Shown one piece after another: positions 11,912 through 25,263 of a stretch of DNA of 64,000 nt. The DNA is taken from positions 147,994,001-148,058,000 of the forward strand of contig OZ024741.1 in NCBI GenBank assembly GCA_964016885.1, read 5' to 3'. Both the position numbers and the translations under genes were made by a program. Positions within the stretch are counted from its first letter, which is position 1; each line of letters starts with the position of its first letter. This DNA comes from Eledone cirrhosa. Its lineage: Eukaryota. A model generated the notes under the pieces. The model was given only the letters and a program-made list of their open reading frames with translations, was not told the DNA's origin and did no database searches.

Positions 11912-12839
11912 ATATAGCAAAATTGCAAATGAAAATGAAATACATGGAGTGAGGGAGGTAAAAAGCATCCACCTTCCACTTCATCTAACCACGGCCAATG
12001 CAATTTTGTGCATAAACATGGTATTGCAGAACATTGAATCCAGGTTGTACAATAGCTTAGAACAAGCTGCCAGAAAGATGCATATACAACAATACAACAG
12101 TATAGATACAGGAGTCAACATGTGAGGGTCTTTTGACTAGGACAAAACGAGTTTGTAAACAAATTATAAAGTCTTACAACTGGAAATATGGCAGGATATG
12201 GTGCAAATTGTGCATATATATATTGATCAACAACATCATCTCACATCTATTTTCCATGCTTGCATAGATTAGAAGGGTTGTTACATTCTGAGACTAGGCA
12301 GGTCAGATAACTGTCTTACGCGTACACTCCATTTTGACATGGTTGCAATTCCTAATGCCAACCATTTCATGGCGTATGCATTTATACACACACATGTATG
12401 TATAATGGGCAGTCTCACATATATGCTGCAGAATACCTACCCTATCAATACTCATCCAACCCATGCAAGCATAGAAAAGCAACTGTAAAAAGGATGATGA
12501 AGGATAGTAAGAAAAATTACATTTTTCGGCAAAGTAGCCGTTAGCCTTTTGGGCTCCATGACAAGCTTCATACTCATCATGGGGTCCTTTTTGTTACCTT
12601 TCCTGGTACTGAACACAAGAAGTGGTTCAAGGTCATTTCTTCTGCAAAGCAGCTGTTAGCCTCTTGTGCCCCATGAGAGGCTTCATACCCATAGGGTCCT
12701 TTTTGATTGATACTCTTTCTGGTGCCAAACCTTTTCATCGTCTCTTAAGACATGATTATATGATTGTATGGTGGTGTGATAAGATGAAGGCCATGTAAAT
12801 GGATATATTTCATTTTTGTGCTCCTTTTTGTTTTGGTAG

Positions 12840-13011
12840 GAAAATATAAATCATTACAGACTGTTTATCGGGGTATGTAATGAAATACTTTCCACCAGCA
12901 AACTCAGTCATTCTTCGTCCATTGAGCCGAGTTCTGAATAAACTTGATCTAAATAAAGACAGGTTTACCATGTTAAAGGATCTACAAACATTAATGTCCC
13001 AAATTCTCTCG
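12840..13011 (+). pseudogene. Probable pseudo-exon of a condensin subunit CAP-G (NCAPG)-like gene
   Basis: Polypyrimidine+TAG acceptor (AG 12838-39) and GTGAGT donor (13012). With one frameshift it reads ENINHYRLFIGVCNEILS/PANSVILRPLSRVLNKLDLNKDRFTMLKDLQTLMSQILS, resembling the CAP-G C-terminal segment H.NL..KICNEIL..P...R...KAL..L.L....KDL..L...IL as I recall it. Confidence 0.55.
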
Positions 13012-13643
13012 GTGAGTACATTGTTTTTTCAATTCTTTTGTTGAAGGCATGAGGCCTTGTAGTTAGGGTGTTGAGCTCAAAATCATAAAAACATGGATTT
13101 GCTTCCTGGACCAAGTGACATATTCTTCAGCCATATACTTTATTTCCACATTGCTCCTTCTGCAATTAATATCAGCAATGGAAGAACTAATAGAAAAATT
13201 ATTTCTTTGGTCCAATTTAATGATTGGCTCTTTTCCTTTCATTGTCATATTTCTAATGAAAGACACCTCCTTTGATTTTGAAAATAATCAAGAATTTGGA
13301 GGGATTTAGTAATTATAATTGTCTCATTACTAATCTGGTGTTTGGAAACGAATATAACAATGGTTCTTTCATCATCATTTTATAGCTGTGTTTCATGCTG
13401 GCATGGGTTGAACAGGTTGTCACTGTTTGAGACTAGATGGGTCTGAGAAACCTCATCTTGCTCATATATTCCATATTTGGCATAGTTTCTATAGCTGGAT
13501 ACCCTTCCTGACATCAATCACCTTACAGAGTACACTGAGTGTATTTTATTGTTGCACCAGTAGTAAAATGTTATATGCTCAGCCAGACTGCAGTGTCCTC
13601 TCTACTCTATTTTGTCTCTGTTTGATCACTAATCACTTTACAG

Positions 13644-13834
13644 AGTTTACTGGGTAAATTTTAAGATGACTCTTATTTCCATTGGATTGACCAGTTGATG
13701 GAAGCAGTGTAATGTCCGAGAGTCAGACAGCTGTTGATGGAAGCAGTGTAATGTCCGAGAGCCGGATAATAGTTGATGGAAGCAGTGTAATGTCCGAGTG
13801 TGAAACTGCTGATGGACTACAAATGTAAATGAAG
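13644..13834 (+). pseudogene. Putative downstream pseudo-exon containing 3 units of the 39-bp repeat
   Basis: CTAAT branch-like site, TTTACAG acceptor and AG|GTAAGC donor. Repeat 13694-13816 encodes VDGSSVMSESQTA-like units. Paralog at 33222-37000. Confidence 0.45.
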
Positions 13835-14483
13835 GTAAGCTGATTGACATCTAATCAACTAAATCTGGTGATGAATACCATAACCTATTAGTTCTTTAAC
13901 CCATTTGTTACCATATTTCTTGTAGTGGTGGTGTGGGGCTTAGTGGTTTGGATGTTTGGTTCAGTCTTGTGTTCAATTCCTGGTGGTGCATTGTTCTTGA
14001 GCAGGACATTTCATGTTGTTCCAGTCTGCTCAGCTGCAAAAATTCAAAAGGCCCAGCCTTGACACACAGTGTCATGTTGAATTAGGTTATGGGTACACAT
14101 GTCTGCAGAATGTTCAGCCACTTGCATGTTAATTTCACGAACAGATGGCTCAATTGATCATGGAGTCTCAACACACGCTCACACCATCTTAACTATAATA
14201 GAGGAGTGCGGGACAGCATCCAGAATATATTTTTTATCCCGTTAGTAAAATAAGTTGGATTACTTTCAATAAATAATGAATGAATATTACATAATTTATG
14301 TACTAAATAACGTAACACATGATTAAAGATAAATAATGTTATTGCATATTTCAATATTCACTTCTTTTAAAAGATTCAAATTTCAATACATCCGGTATAT
14401 CACCACCACCATGTATATATAGTGAGAGAGAGAGAGACAGAGCGAGAAAGAAAGAGAATGTGTGTGAAGAGAGAGATACAAAG

Positions 14484-15292
14484 TGACTATTAGCAGCGGA
14501 AGTGGGTGTTCGGAAAGTACAATAACTAGGGTAAGATCGGGATGGAAGAAGTTTAGGGAGGTACTGCCACTGCTAGCTGCAAAAGGCTTTTCCCTCAAAA
14601 TGAAAGACAGACTGTATAATGCGTGCATATGAACAGCAATGTTACATGGAAGTGAGACCTGTGCGCTGTCTGTAGAAGACTTACGTAGATTAGAGAGAAA
14701 CGAAGCCTGCATGCTCCGATGGATGTGTAATAGTAATATACGCGAACGGCAAAGCATAAATGAATTGAGAGAGAGACTGAGCATAAGAGGAATCAAATGC
14801 TGTGTGCAGGAGAGGCGGTTGTGTTTGTATGGACATGTGAGGCGTATGAAGGATGACAGCTGCATAAAAAGGTGCAGAGCACTAGAAGTCGATGGAAGCC
14901 GCGAAGTGGGGAGACCCAAGAAGACCTGGGATGTGGTGATAAAAGCCGACCTTATCTAATTGCACCTCTCAAAGGCGATGACACAGGACCGTGACCTCTG
15001 GTGTCACACAGTAATACAGAAGACCCAACTTCCCATGGGTACAAGCTGAAGCTGAAGCATATAGACAATATGCCCCACACTCTCCCACTGCAAAGTGGTT
15101 GTGGAGGTGCCACGGAAAAAAGCACCCAGCACTCACTGTAAATGAGGTTGGTGTTAGGAAGGGCGTCCAGCCGTAGAAATCAAGCCAGAATCAGTTCCCA
15201 CATGAGCAAGACGAGGTCAGCCGACCGGACACTGCCCACAATAGGACAACCCGTCTAACCCATGCTAGCGTGGAATAATGGACGTAAAACGG

Positions 15293-15335
<43 letters not shown>
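14484..15335 (+). mobile_element. 5'-truncated RTE-clade LINE with (GAT)n tail
   Basis: RVRSGWKKFREVLPLL..MLHGSETCAL..MLRWMC..RRLCLYGHVRR..GRPKKTW. Ends in (GAT)n at 15293-15335. Confidence 0.85.
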
Positions 15336-15413
15336 ATAATTAGATAGTGAAATAGCTCTTACGCTGTTTGTAAACAAATTTAATTTTCAAACCAACGCTA
15401 AGCTATAAACCTT

Positions 15414-15421
<8 letters not shown>

Positions 15422-15494
<73 letters not shown>
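15422..15494. repeat. (TG)n microsatellite
   Basis: Uninterrupted TG run. Confidence 0.97.
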
Positions 15495-15496
<2 letters not shown>

Positions 15497-15779
15497 CGGA
15501 ATTCTTCTCTGTTTTACCTGGCGAACTTTCTCATTATTTAGTCGATGTTTGGAACATAACTTAAAAAATGTTCTTACATGGAATTATTACCAAAGTCATG
15601 TAGAGTGGGAATTCAAGAGTGATGACACTCTGGGGAAGAAACGTTGTGACTATTGGTTCAATGTGGGGCTTGAGACATTGGGCACAACATGGTCAATGGA
15701 AGGAGGAGAGACTAATGCAAGGCCAACCAGCTCTAAAGAGCAGATGCCATTGTAGAAGTGATAAAAAGGATAGAGAGCA

Positions 15780-16060
15780 GACAGTAATCTGTGAGCTAGA
15801 CTGAAGTATGTCCAGTGGCCTTTCAATGTGGTCTTGGATGCCTCCGTGTCTATATTAGCAGCAAAGTTGTAAAACTGGAAGTGTAATTCCATTGTGGGTC
15901 TCATCTGAGCATTGTAGACAGTCAGAAATTATTGGAAACTGAAGTATCTTCTGGCTCTGAAGAGAATGACCGGTCTTTATGTTGTTGTCTTTACTATGTT
16001 ATGGATGTGTGGTGATCGGGAGAGATCCTCACTGATAATAAGGCCTAGTATTTGGGGTGA
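15780..16060 (-). mobile_element. Old LINE RT C-terminal fragment (CR1/L2-like group)
   Basis: LGLIISEDLS...RARRYFS..LTVYNAQMRPTME. Confidence 0.45.
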
Positions 16061-17129
16061 ATGCGTTAATTTTTTAGTGGGGTGAAGTTTAATGTTTTCT
16101 TGTTATGTGTAATAAGTGTCTCTGGTTAGAGGATTTTTTCCTTCCACCCTCCCACCAGTCTCGGAGGCTCTGATAAAATAAAGGGTCATGGATCCTGCCT
16201 TTCTCTCCTTGACTAAACAATAAAAAAATTCGTTGACATTAGGAAGTTCTTTTAGCTGTAGAAACTATGCCAAATATGGAGCATATAAACAAGACGTGGC
16301 TATCTGACCTGCTGTCCATGACAATGACCATAAAAATCATGTGATAGCCCTTAACTTTTCCTGCCTTTTTCTTATTCTGGTTATGTTTCGAGAACATTCA
16401 TCATCATTTAACATCCGTTTCCCCAGCTAGCAAAGGTTTGATGGGTTGTCACAGTCCAAGTCAGTACTTAATCAGAGCCACTGATTTCTCAGATGGGCCA
16501 GGGCCTCATTTTGCTTAAATACATTCCTGCACTCTACATTCTGATATATTTTGTTTGTTTCAGAGACTGAAGCTGAATGATCAATACCAACAACTCCATC
16601 CAATCAAGTTTCTTAACCTCCAACTGCTCATAACTGAAGTAGAATGTCACTTGCTGTCATATTATAACCTATCAATTTATCATCATCATCGCTTTTACGT
16701 CCGTTTTTCCACTCTTGCATGGGTTGGATGGGTCCTTTTTAGCACTTGTTGCGTTCCTTCCACATATCCTCTGTGAGTTTCAACATTTGAGATCAGCACT
16801 CATCACCTCAACCCAGGTCATCCCTGGTCTTCTACTGTGGCTTACTTCTATTGGGATGCAAATGTAGAAAAGTTAATGTAAAAACAATGATGATGATGAG
16901 TCGATAGCTTATAATATGACTGCAAGTAATATTCTAGGTAGCAGAAGCTCTCAACTACTTTTATGGATCCTTCATATGATAGGACAAGGTTTATATCACT
17001 GACACTCTACCCCTGTGCATCTATTACATGTAATGCACACATTTGCATTGTGTACATCTTATAGAGTTTCCGCTGACTCCTTTTCTGTGTATAGAACAGG
17101 CCCATTTATTGATGGGATCAGGATCGTGT

Positions 17130-17480
17130 CTTATTTCTTATTTACTAACACTTGAGTTTTTTCTAGGCTTACTCTCAGCCCTTTTGATTCTGTTTCCACA
17201 TTTAGAACTTCTTCATCTGTTGTTCTCCACCCTGGAATAAAATGAAACTGCATTTCATCTAATTTTAACTCTTTCCCTAATTAGATACTCTAAACCTCTT
17301 TCTGTCACTTTTATAACTTGGTCCATTAGTTTTATGGATCCGAAGTTACTCCTTTTCAGGGCATAATTTTATCCATTGTAACAATTAATGGGTATACTGC
17401 TGTGCCAATTATTGAGTATGACCTCATCCTGTATTATATCATTGACTATGCAGTTGACAAGTTTGTTTCCTACTTCCTTT
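17130..17480 (-). mobile_element. Old RTE-like RT fragment
   Basis: Degenerate LVNCIV..W.SS.PI.CY.G...SNF.SIKLMDQVIKVTER..IRERVKI. Confidence 0.45.
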
Positions 17481-18561
17481 CATTTTCAACATCTCTGTAA
17501 CTGCATCTGGTGGTCCAGTGGCTTTCCCATTCTTATTCTCCTTGATTACATTTTGTCTCTATAACTGTTGATTTCAATAGCTGGTCCCTCTTCGGTGTTG
17601 GCTGGGGGTAGTCTCTCTTCCTCCCATTTATTCTCCACATTCATCAGCCTTTCAAAGTATCATTTCCAGGCACTTTTTTTGAGCATCAGTGGTGCTAAGT
17701 GCACCAGTGTCATTTCTAACACACTGTTCCCCAACAACATCCCTATTCACAATGCTTTGCAATGCAGAACGCTTTATGTCTCTGATCCTCACGTTACAAG
17801 ACATTGACAAACCTCCTTTCATCCTCTTTCCATGCTATGTATACTTGTCTAGCTTCTCTCTTAATTACCTGGTACTGGTCTCTGCTACCCTTATTTTTCC
17901 TGTCTTTCCATGCCTGTCTCTTGACTTTAATTACTCTATACACTGTGCTGCCACCAGCAGGGCAAGCTCTGTCTGGCTGGTGCTTTCCTCAATGTCAGAA
18001 AAAAAACTAATTCTTGAATCAAGCTTTTTTTCATAACACCAACTAGTGTTTCAACAAAAACAAATATTTAAAAAATAAGTTTGTTAATTCAAATATATAT
18101 ACTATCTTTACTGGTGGACATATTTTTGTGAAAATGTGCAGTATTAGTTAGTGTAAACACTTGAATTTTTAATGTGATGCACTCAGTGTTGTTTTGTTCT
18201 TTTCAAAACTCTTGCTAATACATTTCATGTGGTAAAAGATATTAAGGGATGATATATTCACCAGCATTTGTTTTCTTTTTCAAACCAGATTTTAATAAGG
18301 TAGACTATAGAGCTGATCATTCATATTTCCAGTTTCAAATCCTGTTAAATATTATGTATTTTTATTTATTTTGTTACACTTGTGAAATCTCGTTTAAAGA
18401 ATGACTTTGAGAATAATCAGGATTTTGGACAGATTTAGAAATGCAACTTTCTGGTTATTTATCTGCTATTTAGAACATAACTTAACAAAAGTTCTTGCAT
18501 AAAATTACAATGGTTAGATTTTACATAAATATAAACACCTTTATAGCCAGGGTCAGTTTCA

Positions 18562-18844
18562 GGGGGGGGGGGGGGTCACCTCCGAGGTTGACTCGTGGTG
18601 AAAACCACACAAAAGACTAAGGCCACCCTGACCACTAGCGCAAGCACCCTCTCTCTGTTCTCCCACTCCTCAGTCTACAGGCGCATATGCAGAACGGGCT
18701 CGTTCACTTGGACCAGATTCGCCACTTTCACCCGCCGTTCAACAAACTTAGTAGAAGACAGCTGTCCGTCTTCAATCCTTTCAACCTTGTCCACCATACA
18801 ATCTCTTTCACCATGGCCACAAGGCAGAGGAAAACTGCCTGCAC
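18562..18844 (-). mobile_element. Tx1-clade 3' fragment including part of the 3' UTR; paralog of 4361-4588
   Basis: Matches the Tx1-B 3' UTR and ORF2 end at ~46930-47280. Confidence 0.8.
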
Positions 18845-20110
18845 TTGACCTGGAGGCCGATTCCGCCAGGGCAGGAACCACTGATTGAAGGTCATGGCAG
18901 ACAGTCTCCACGGGCCTGCCCAGCGTAGCATCATCCAAGTACCAAAGGTTTAGAGGGGCTGTGTTACTCCGGGCAATGCGGTCTATACCAAGGGCAAACA
19001 GGAGGGGGCCCAAAGGTCGCCCTGTTGGACCCCAGCAGCCGAAGGTATGACCGTGTCAGCAGCAAGGAGCATGCTCGGGGCTCAACATGACAAGCACTCA
19101 GAAGGCGACGCCCGGCCTCAGTGAAGAGTGGGGATAGCAACTCTTTGAGGTGGTCTGGTCGAAGACCATCAGCACCTCCGCTGCCGCTAGCTGGGAAGGA
19201 CTTGATTGCAGACATGATGTCTGCGTCGGAAGCCAGGTGTGGATCCAGTGGGGATATGGGTCTGAGGTCAGCGGGTGGCCCAGGGTGCTTCAGTCGCAGG
19301 GAAGCCAGGACCTCCTCGGTGGGTTGGTAGACAGTGTCCTCTGAGGCTACCACTCTCATTGCGGCCCAGACATCACCCTGATAAGTTTAGCGTTTACGTG
19401 GTCACGCAAACGCTCGGCGCTTGCCCAAAGGACGAAAGATTGGCCTTGACAAAGGGTGCTGTCGACAGGCCGCCTCGGTCAGCGCCAGAGCTGGGGAGGC
19501 CGAGGGTGAGTGGGGCGAAATAGAAGAGGTGAGCCCAGTCGCTGGCTCGATTGGAGTCCAGAGCACTCTCGATCGAGGAAGCGAGGGCATCACTACCCGG
19601 GCCGCTCTCGGGATCCTGAGCGGAATCTTCTGGAGCCGCCTGAGCCGAGCGATGTTGACCAGCGAGGCTTGGACATCAGGTAAGCTCTCCGTCTCATCTG
19701 GTGGAGTGCCAGACCGCCGTGGCTGGACAGACGAGGGGAAGAGACAGTTTCTGCAACTCCACGATGCGTGGGCACTGGAAGCCTGACGCGTCAAGCCAAC
19801 ACATGTGAGGTGGTGGAAGCAGCCGCACCCCGAACAGTTGCGGCCTCTCTCCCGTCTGTTCGTGGTGCTGCAAGTGCTGCAGATGTCGACTGTTGCGGCT
19901 GGAGGATGGGGCGTGGAGCAGGGGACTGGGGCACCAAGCAGCATCAGGGGTGACTGGCTGGTTGTCACCAGCCTAGGTGCTAGGCACAACTGCACATGGG
20001 TGAAAGGGAAAGTGTTGGTATGAGTGAGGCCGCATAACTCACCTACATCAGATATGGAGGCGATAGAAGACAAGATAAAAGAGAAGGGTGGTACATGGAG
20101 GGGGACACAC
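18845..20110 (-). mobile_element. CRE-like family A 5' half; paralog of 4589-6250
   Basis: PHD finger CSTC..CSGC..HHLTC..WSCRNC, SGGADGLRPDHLK, WYLDD. Different internal deletion from the 4.6-6.2 kb copy. Confidence 0.75.
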
Positions 20111-20875
20111 ACAAAAGTAGAAAGTTAGCAAATAAATAAATGAAAGAATGGAGGAATGTACAAAAAGAAAACAGGGGTTGTTCCCAGCGGAAATACCGAA
20201 AGGTTGTTATTGTCACTGATGCTGGAGTTGGCTTCCTCTTGTTAATGGTGGTGGTAGTGATTGCTTGTAAGATGTTGGTGTATACACATATAGTTGTTGT
20301 TGTTGTCACTGCCACTATCGTATCCTTCCTCTTGTTAATGGTAGTGGTAGTTGATACCGATACCTATTTCGGTTGCCCGGCTGGTTGCTGGGGTTCGAAT
20401 ACCTTCTTTCACCCAAGATGCGGGGTCGTTGTTATTGTCACTATTGCTGTCGTTGCCTGCCTCTCGTTAATGGCAGTAATAATTGTTGGTGCTACCTATT
20501 TCGGCTGTCAAGCTGGCTGCTGAATCAGCTTCTGTTTACATTTTCGCATACATACGATATTCTCAATGGACGCCCTTACAATATTTGAACATAACTGAAC
20601 CGTCGTTGCCTTCCTCTTGGTAATAGTAGTGAAAATCCACCGGCAGACAATTATATAAAAGAGTATATAGAAATAAAAACTAACATTTCTGTCTGGGATA
20701 TAAATATTTGTTTACATAGCGTTATTTACTGTCACTTTGAAAATATTGAAGTTAATGAACTCTGTAAGTATCGTTGCTGGGAAGAAGTTAAAGAAACATA
20801 TCAATGTCATACAAATTCCTTAAATATTATCTAGATAGTGGGTTGTAGCGTTATTTACTGTCTATTTGCTACTAA

Positions 20876-21610
20876 TTGAGCATGCCTTATCTACACACTC
20901 TATCCATTCTTCGCCCCTTCCACACTTCAATCCTCATATTCTTCCCACATCATACCCCTTTCTACTTCTCCTTCACTCCATTCTCCTACACACCTACCAA
21001 CCACCCCACACACTTTCCATTTTCAATTTTCCGCCTCCATCCTCAACACCCCTGAATTAAATGCCCGCCTCTCCTCAGCCTTCCACCCTACGGGAAGTCA
21101 ATCAGTGCCACTCGTGCTATACGCGCAACTGGCGCAAGAAAGGAAAGCTTTTTCCACCTCTTGCGTCAAACTCACCCGATGCGCGTTGGAATCCTTGCAC
21201 CGGTGGCACTGCCCGCCATACCTATCCACCTGTCAGTTTCGACAGTGCCGGCTGGCAACAGGCGAAGCTCCCAGTGAGGTTCGGTAGCCTCGGTTTCTGA
21301 CCCGCTTCAGATCCGACTCTACCGGCCTATCTCTCCTCAATCTCCTCCGGTAGCGTTCTCGTCAGCGAGGTCCTCGGCCAGAGAGGTCGAACATGACGTT
21401 GCCCGTCTGAGGAAGGAGCCCCGCGAGTTGGGGTGGCTGTTGCAGCGAGTGTCGCTGGCAATTGCTTGTAGAAAAGCTCATGCGGTCTTGTCCGTGGGGC
21501 GCAGCTCCAACACCGCCACGCCCTAGGCCCAGAGCCCATCATTTTCCTCTTCTCTTCCATTTTCTTTTACCCTAGAAGCCCTTGCTTTTCCCTTCCTTTT
21601 CCGTTTTTAA
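20876..21610 (+). mobile_element. Internally deleted CRE-like family B; paralog of 7020-7735
   Basis: WQQAKLPVRFGSLG and C-terminal LQRVSLAIA motif. Boundaries approximate. Confidence 0.6.
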
Positions 21611-21856
21611 ATATTGATAAAGTTATTTTCACTGAAAAAAAAAGTAAAAATAATTGTTTCTACTTTAGGCACAAGGCCAGCAAATTAAAAATAATAATGT
21701 GTTAACTATATTGACGTAATCTGCGAGAGTAATGCGTAAGATTTCAAACAGATTCTTTCACTAAAAAGTTGATACACAGCGTTCTCTATTTGTGATTCAA
21801 CCAGATATTTTCGAAGCTGCAAGAACTAATTCAAAAATTTGAAAGAAAGAAAAAAA

Positions 21857-22867
21857 ATGGATGAAAAACATCACTTCCGCTGTGATAGAACTTTACAGAG
21901 GTTAAATGCTGAACAGGTGAATGTTTTGTTTCCAGTAATAATGTATCTGACAATTATTATGACGTTCGGATCAGTCGGAAATCTCTTAGTAGCTTATATA
22001 TACTATTATAAATTAGACAAAACTACCACAAATGTGTTCATTGTAGCGCTTTCGATGTGCGATTTTTTTACTTGTACAATATGCATTCCAATGGAAATTA
22101 CGATTTTACATTATTCACACAACTTTTTCAGTGATCATGCTTGCCGTTTCATGCGTTTTATTGTTAGTGTAATAATTGTCACTTCAGCATTTATTGTTTT
22201 CGTTATAGCAGTTGATAGATACTCACGTGTGTGTCGACCTCTTGAAACACATATTTCTCGTAAGCAATCAAAGATAATCATATTATGTGTACCAATCGTC
22301 GCCGGCACAGTGAACCTGCCAATAATGTTTATATACGGCGCACAAAAACTGAATATAATCGACTGTGGATATATTGGAAGAACGTGTGCATTTTCTGAGA
22401 CTTTGCGCGGTACAACCTATGTAGTACTCTATTATGCTATAATGTTGTTTATTTTTATGTCTCTGTTTATTTTTATCATGATACTTTATATCATAATTGC
22501 AATACGTATTCAAAAAATTTCCAATAGACGCCTGGGAGAATCTAAAAGTGTTTGTAATAGTACAGGTATTAGACGACAGAAGAAACATTTATTGAACCCA
22601 TCTAAAACCAATAAACTTTTGTTCACCATCACTTTCATCTGGATTAGCAGTTATTTACCTCATCTATTTACCGCAATATTCTGGAGGGTGAACGAAACAA
22701 CTAGTATTAACACCGAACCAGCTGAAAAAATTGTAATTCATATGTTATTAATGTTTTCTTTTTACTTTAATTGTGCTATAAACCCATTTTTTTATGGAAT
22801 TTTTTGTAAGAGGTTTCGTGTTGAACTACGAGGTTTGTTTTACGCTATCCCAACAATAACAGAGTGA
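21857..22867 (+). CDS. Intronless class A orphan GPCR, copy C (336 aa), diverged paralog
   Basis: ATG at 21857. Seven TM, canonical DRY (22214-22222), NPFFY. Roughly two-thirds amino acid identity to copy B by eye. Confidence 0.92.
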   Translation: MDEKHHFRCDRTLQRLNAEQVNVLFPVIMYLTIIMTFGSVGNLLVAYIYYYKLDKTTTNVFIVALSMCDFFTCTICIPMEITILHYSHNFFSDHACRFMRFIVSVIIVTSAFIVFVIAVDRYSRVCRPLETHISRKQSKIIILCVPIVAGTVNLPIMFIYGAQKLNIIDCGYIGRTCAFSETLRGTTYVVLYYAIMLFIFMSLFIFIMILYIIIAIRIQKISNRRLGESKSVCNSTGIRRQKKHLLNPSKTNKLLFTITFIWISSYLPHLFTAIFWRVNETTSINTEPAEKIVIHMLLMFSFYFNCAINPFFYGIFCKRFRVELRGLFYAIPTITE

Positions 22868-23158
22868 ATTTCTTGAAAATAAATACAAAAGTACGGAATT
22901 CTTAACTTTACAGATCTCACCAATTTGACGATTATAGAATATCTAGCTCGTACATTGAATCAAATACTAAACTTTGTTGGTTCTTTAAGCGAGATGTTTG
23001 CAAGCAATATGTAAAGATATCGTTGGCAAACGACACTTGGTTATAATATACTTTAACAAAAGTAATCAAAAAAGGTTGTAGGTTATATGAGAGAATGTAT
23101 GAATTACAAGTGAATTATGTAAGGATAGTCTTTGGAAAAATTATAGAAAGAAAGAGTT

Positions 23159-23310
23159 GTGTATGGATGCGATGTGCGTGTGTTTTGTTCGTGTGTATGG
23201 ATGCGATGTGCGTGTATTTTGTTCGTGTGTATGGATGCGATATGCATGTGTTTTGTTCGTGTGTATGGATGCGATGTGCGTGTATTTTGTTCATGCGATG
23301 TGCGTGTCTT
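23159..23310. repeat. 34-bp minisatellite, about 4 copies plus partials (about 2 copies in units A and B)
   Basis: gtatggatgcgat recurs at 23161, 23195, 23229 and 23263. Paralogous units at 892 and 926. Confidence 0.85.
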
Positions 23311-23885
23311 TTATTTGTTTTGTTTTTCGTGTGTATGAATGCGAGACTAGCGGAGGATACGGATGTTATCCTACCACCCTGCTCGATTGGCTTTACCCGT
23401 AAAATCTCTCCTGTGATTATTTCCTTAACTTTCTAACCACATTACCCAAATGGCAAATATCCTTTGGATGGTTGCTTGCTTTCTGCATTTGTACAAAGTC
23501 TGCACTGGGTAATTCCCAGGATACGCTATATCTAACATGAGCAGAATAACATCAAACAAAAGGCAGTAAACTTGTCACAAACAAACAAAACGTAAATATA
23601 TACCCGTAAAATCTCAGTCTTTTCATACATCTATCTCGACGAACACTCGGAATAAGGAGACAATGCAACATATGCTAAGATACTAGAAAATGAAATCAAC
23701 ATTAAGAAGTAGTCTCTTCTGTATGACTGAGAGCTACTTCTCATCATATACATAGCCAGAAATTTACTACGGGTTGTAGTAAATTCTATTAAAAATATGT
23801 ATCTAATATGATGACGCAATAAAGAAGTTTTGATTTATTTTTCTAATGAAAAAAAATCGGTTCGGTACAATGTTATTTTCACACT

Positions 23886-25263
23886 GTATAAAGAATTTAC
23901 AAATTTTTATTATACAGAGCATATAAATAAATTTACAGTAGAACAACATAACAAATATGTTTTAAATAATTACATAAATAACATTACAATTGCTTAGATA
24001 ACATTATAAATTGCTCGCGATTCTTTCAGAAAGATATATTCTTTTAATGTTACAATATTAAAGAAAATGTAAAGGAAGAGGTGAACACCCGAGCCAACAC
24101 CAGAGCAAAAGACAGCAACGTCGCGAGGAGTACCGGGCAACCTCTCTAATGATTTTTGAAGCAAGCCAGCACACTCGCAGCGTTGGCTCGGGTGAGGGCG
24201 AAGCTAATGCGCTGGAATAATCAAGCGCCCTTGCGAGATTCGCCAGTTACCTCTATTAGGCGGGCCGCCGGTGAAGAGAGGAACCTCGCAGTCAGCGGCC
24301 CGATTCACTCAAATGTCTCGAAAGCCACAAGGTAGTCGAAGCGTTGGAGTCAGATACTGAAGCTTAGAAATAGACAGGTAGTTCCTGAGTATGAAGAAAC
24401 CTTGATGGGGTTCGATAACTTCAATATTCTTCAGCAGCTGCTCAAGGCCAACCATCTTCGATTGGAAGGTTGACTCGAAGGCCAGGTCTGTGATTGGGGC
24501 TCCTAAGGAGCACCAAGTCGACGGGGGAGAGACCGCGATGGAAGGGAAGGACTCTGCAAACAAGTCGATTAGCTGTTGGTGTTGAGAAGCCGGGTGGTTG
24601 AGGATCCAGAGCTCACATTTGGAGCTATTGACCTGGAGCTCCGGCAGCCAAGCTCCTAAACCATTTTGTTGGCAGTGATGAGAACCATATCCGGAGTTCC
24701 CCCCAAGCAAGCGTTGTCGAGGTACCAGACATTGAGGTTCAACTCAACTCCCATCTTGGTGACGTCATCAATGCCCAGTGCAAACAGAGCGGGCCCGAGT
24801 TGGTCACCCTGTTGGACTCCTGTGGCAGAGGTGATGATTTGGTTACCGAAAGAATAGGTAGGAGCGCTCCCGATAAGCCTGCCATGCAAAGTGGTAGAGT
24901 TGTGGGACCCTCTCTCTTACTGAGCCGAGGACGACATCGCGGCTGACGGTGTTAAAAGCGTTCCTGAGGTCAAGTTTGACGTTGAGGTTGAGGGACGAGG
25001 AGGGCAAGTTGCTAACGGCTCTGGTAGTGTGGACAGCAGCCTCACATCCCAACTTGGTACCCACCCCCAGCTGGATGGGGGAAAATTCCTCCTCCAGTGA
25101 GTCGGAGACCAACAGCAAACACGCCTTTGCAGTGAGGCGGCGAAGGGTGCAGCCAACCGCAATGTGGCGCAGGTCTCCGTTGGGCTTGGTGAAACCAAAT
25201 AGCTTCGCACCGAAGAACAGTGGGCGGATGAACGAGAGAACGTTCTCTGAAAAGAACTGATTC
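23886..25263 (-). mobile_element. CRE-like RLE retrotransposon family C, 5'-truncated and internally deleted
   Basis: QLGVGTKLGCEAAVH, VKLDLRNAFN, GVQQGDQLGPALF, WYLDN, LFQRISFALTRANAASVL, AT-rich 3' UTR. Empty site in unit A at ~1534 (cacact|tgtcttg). Confidence 0.8.
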
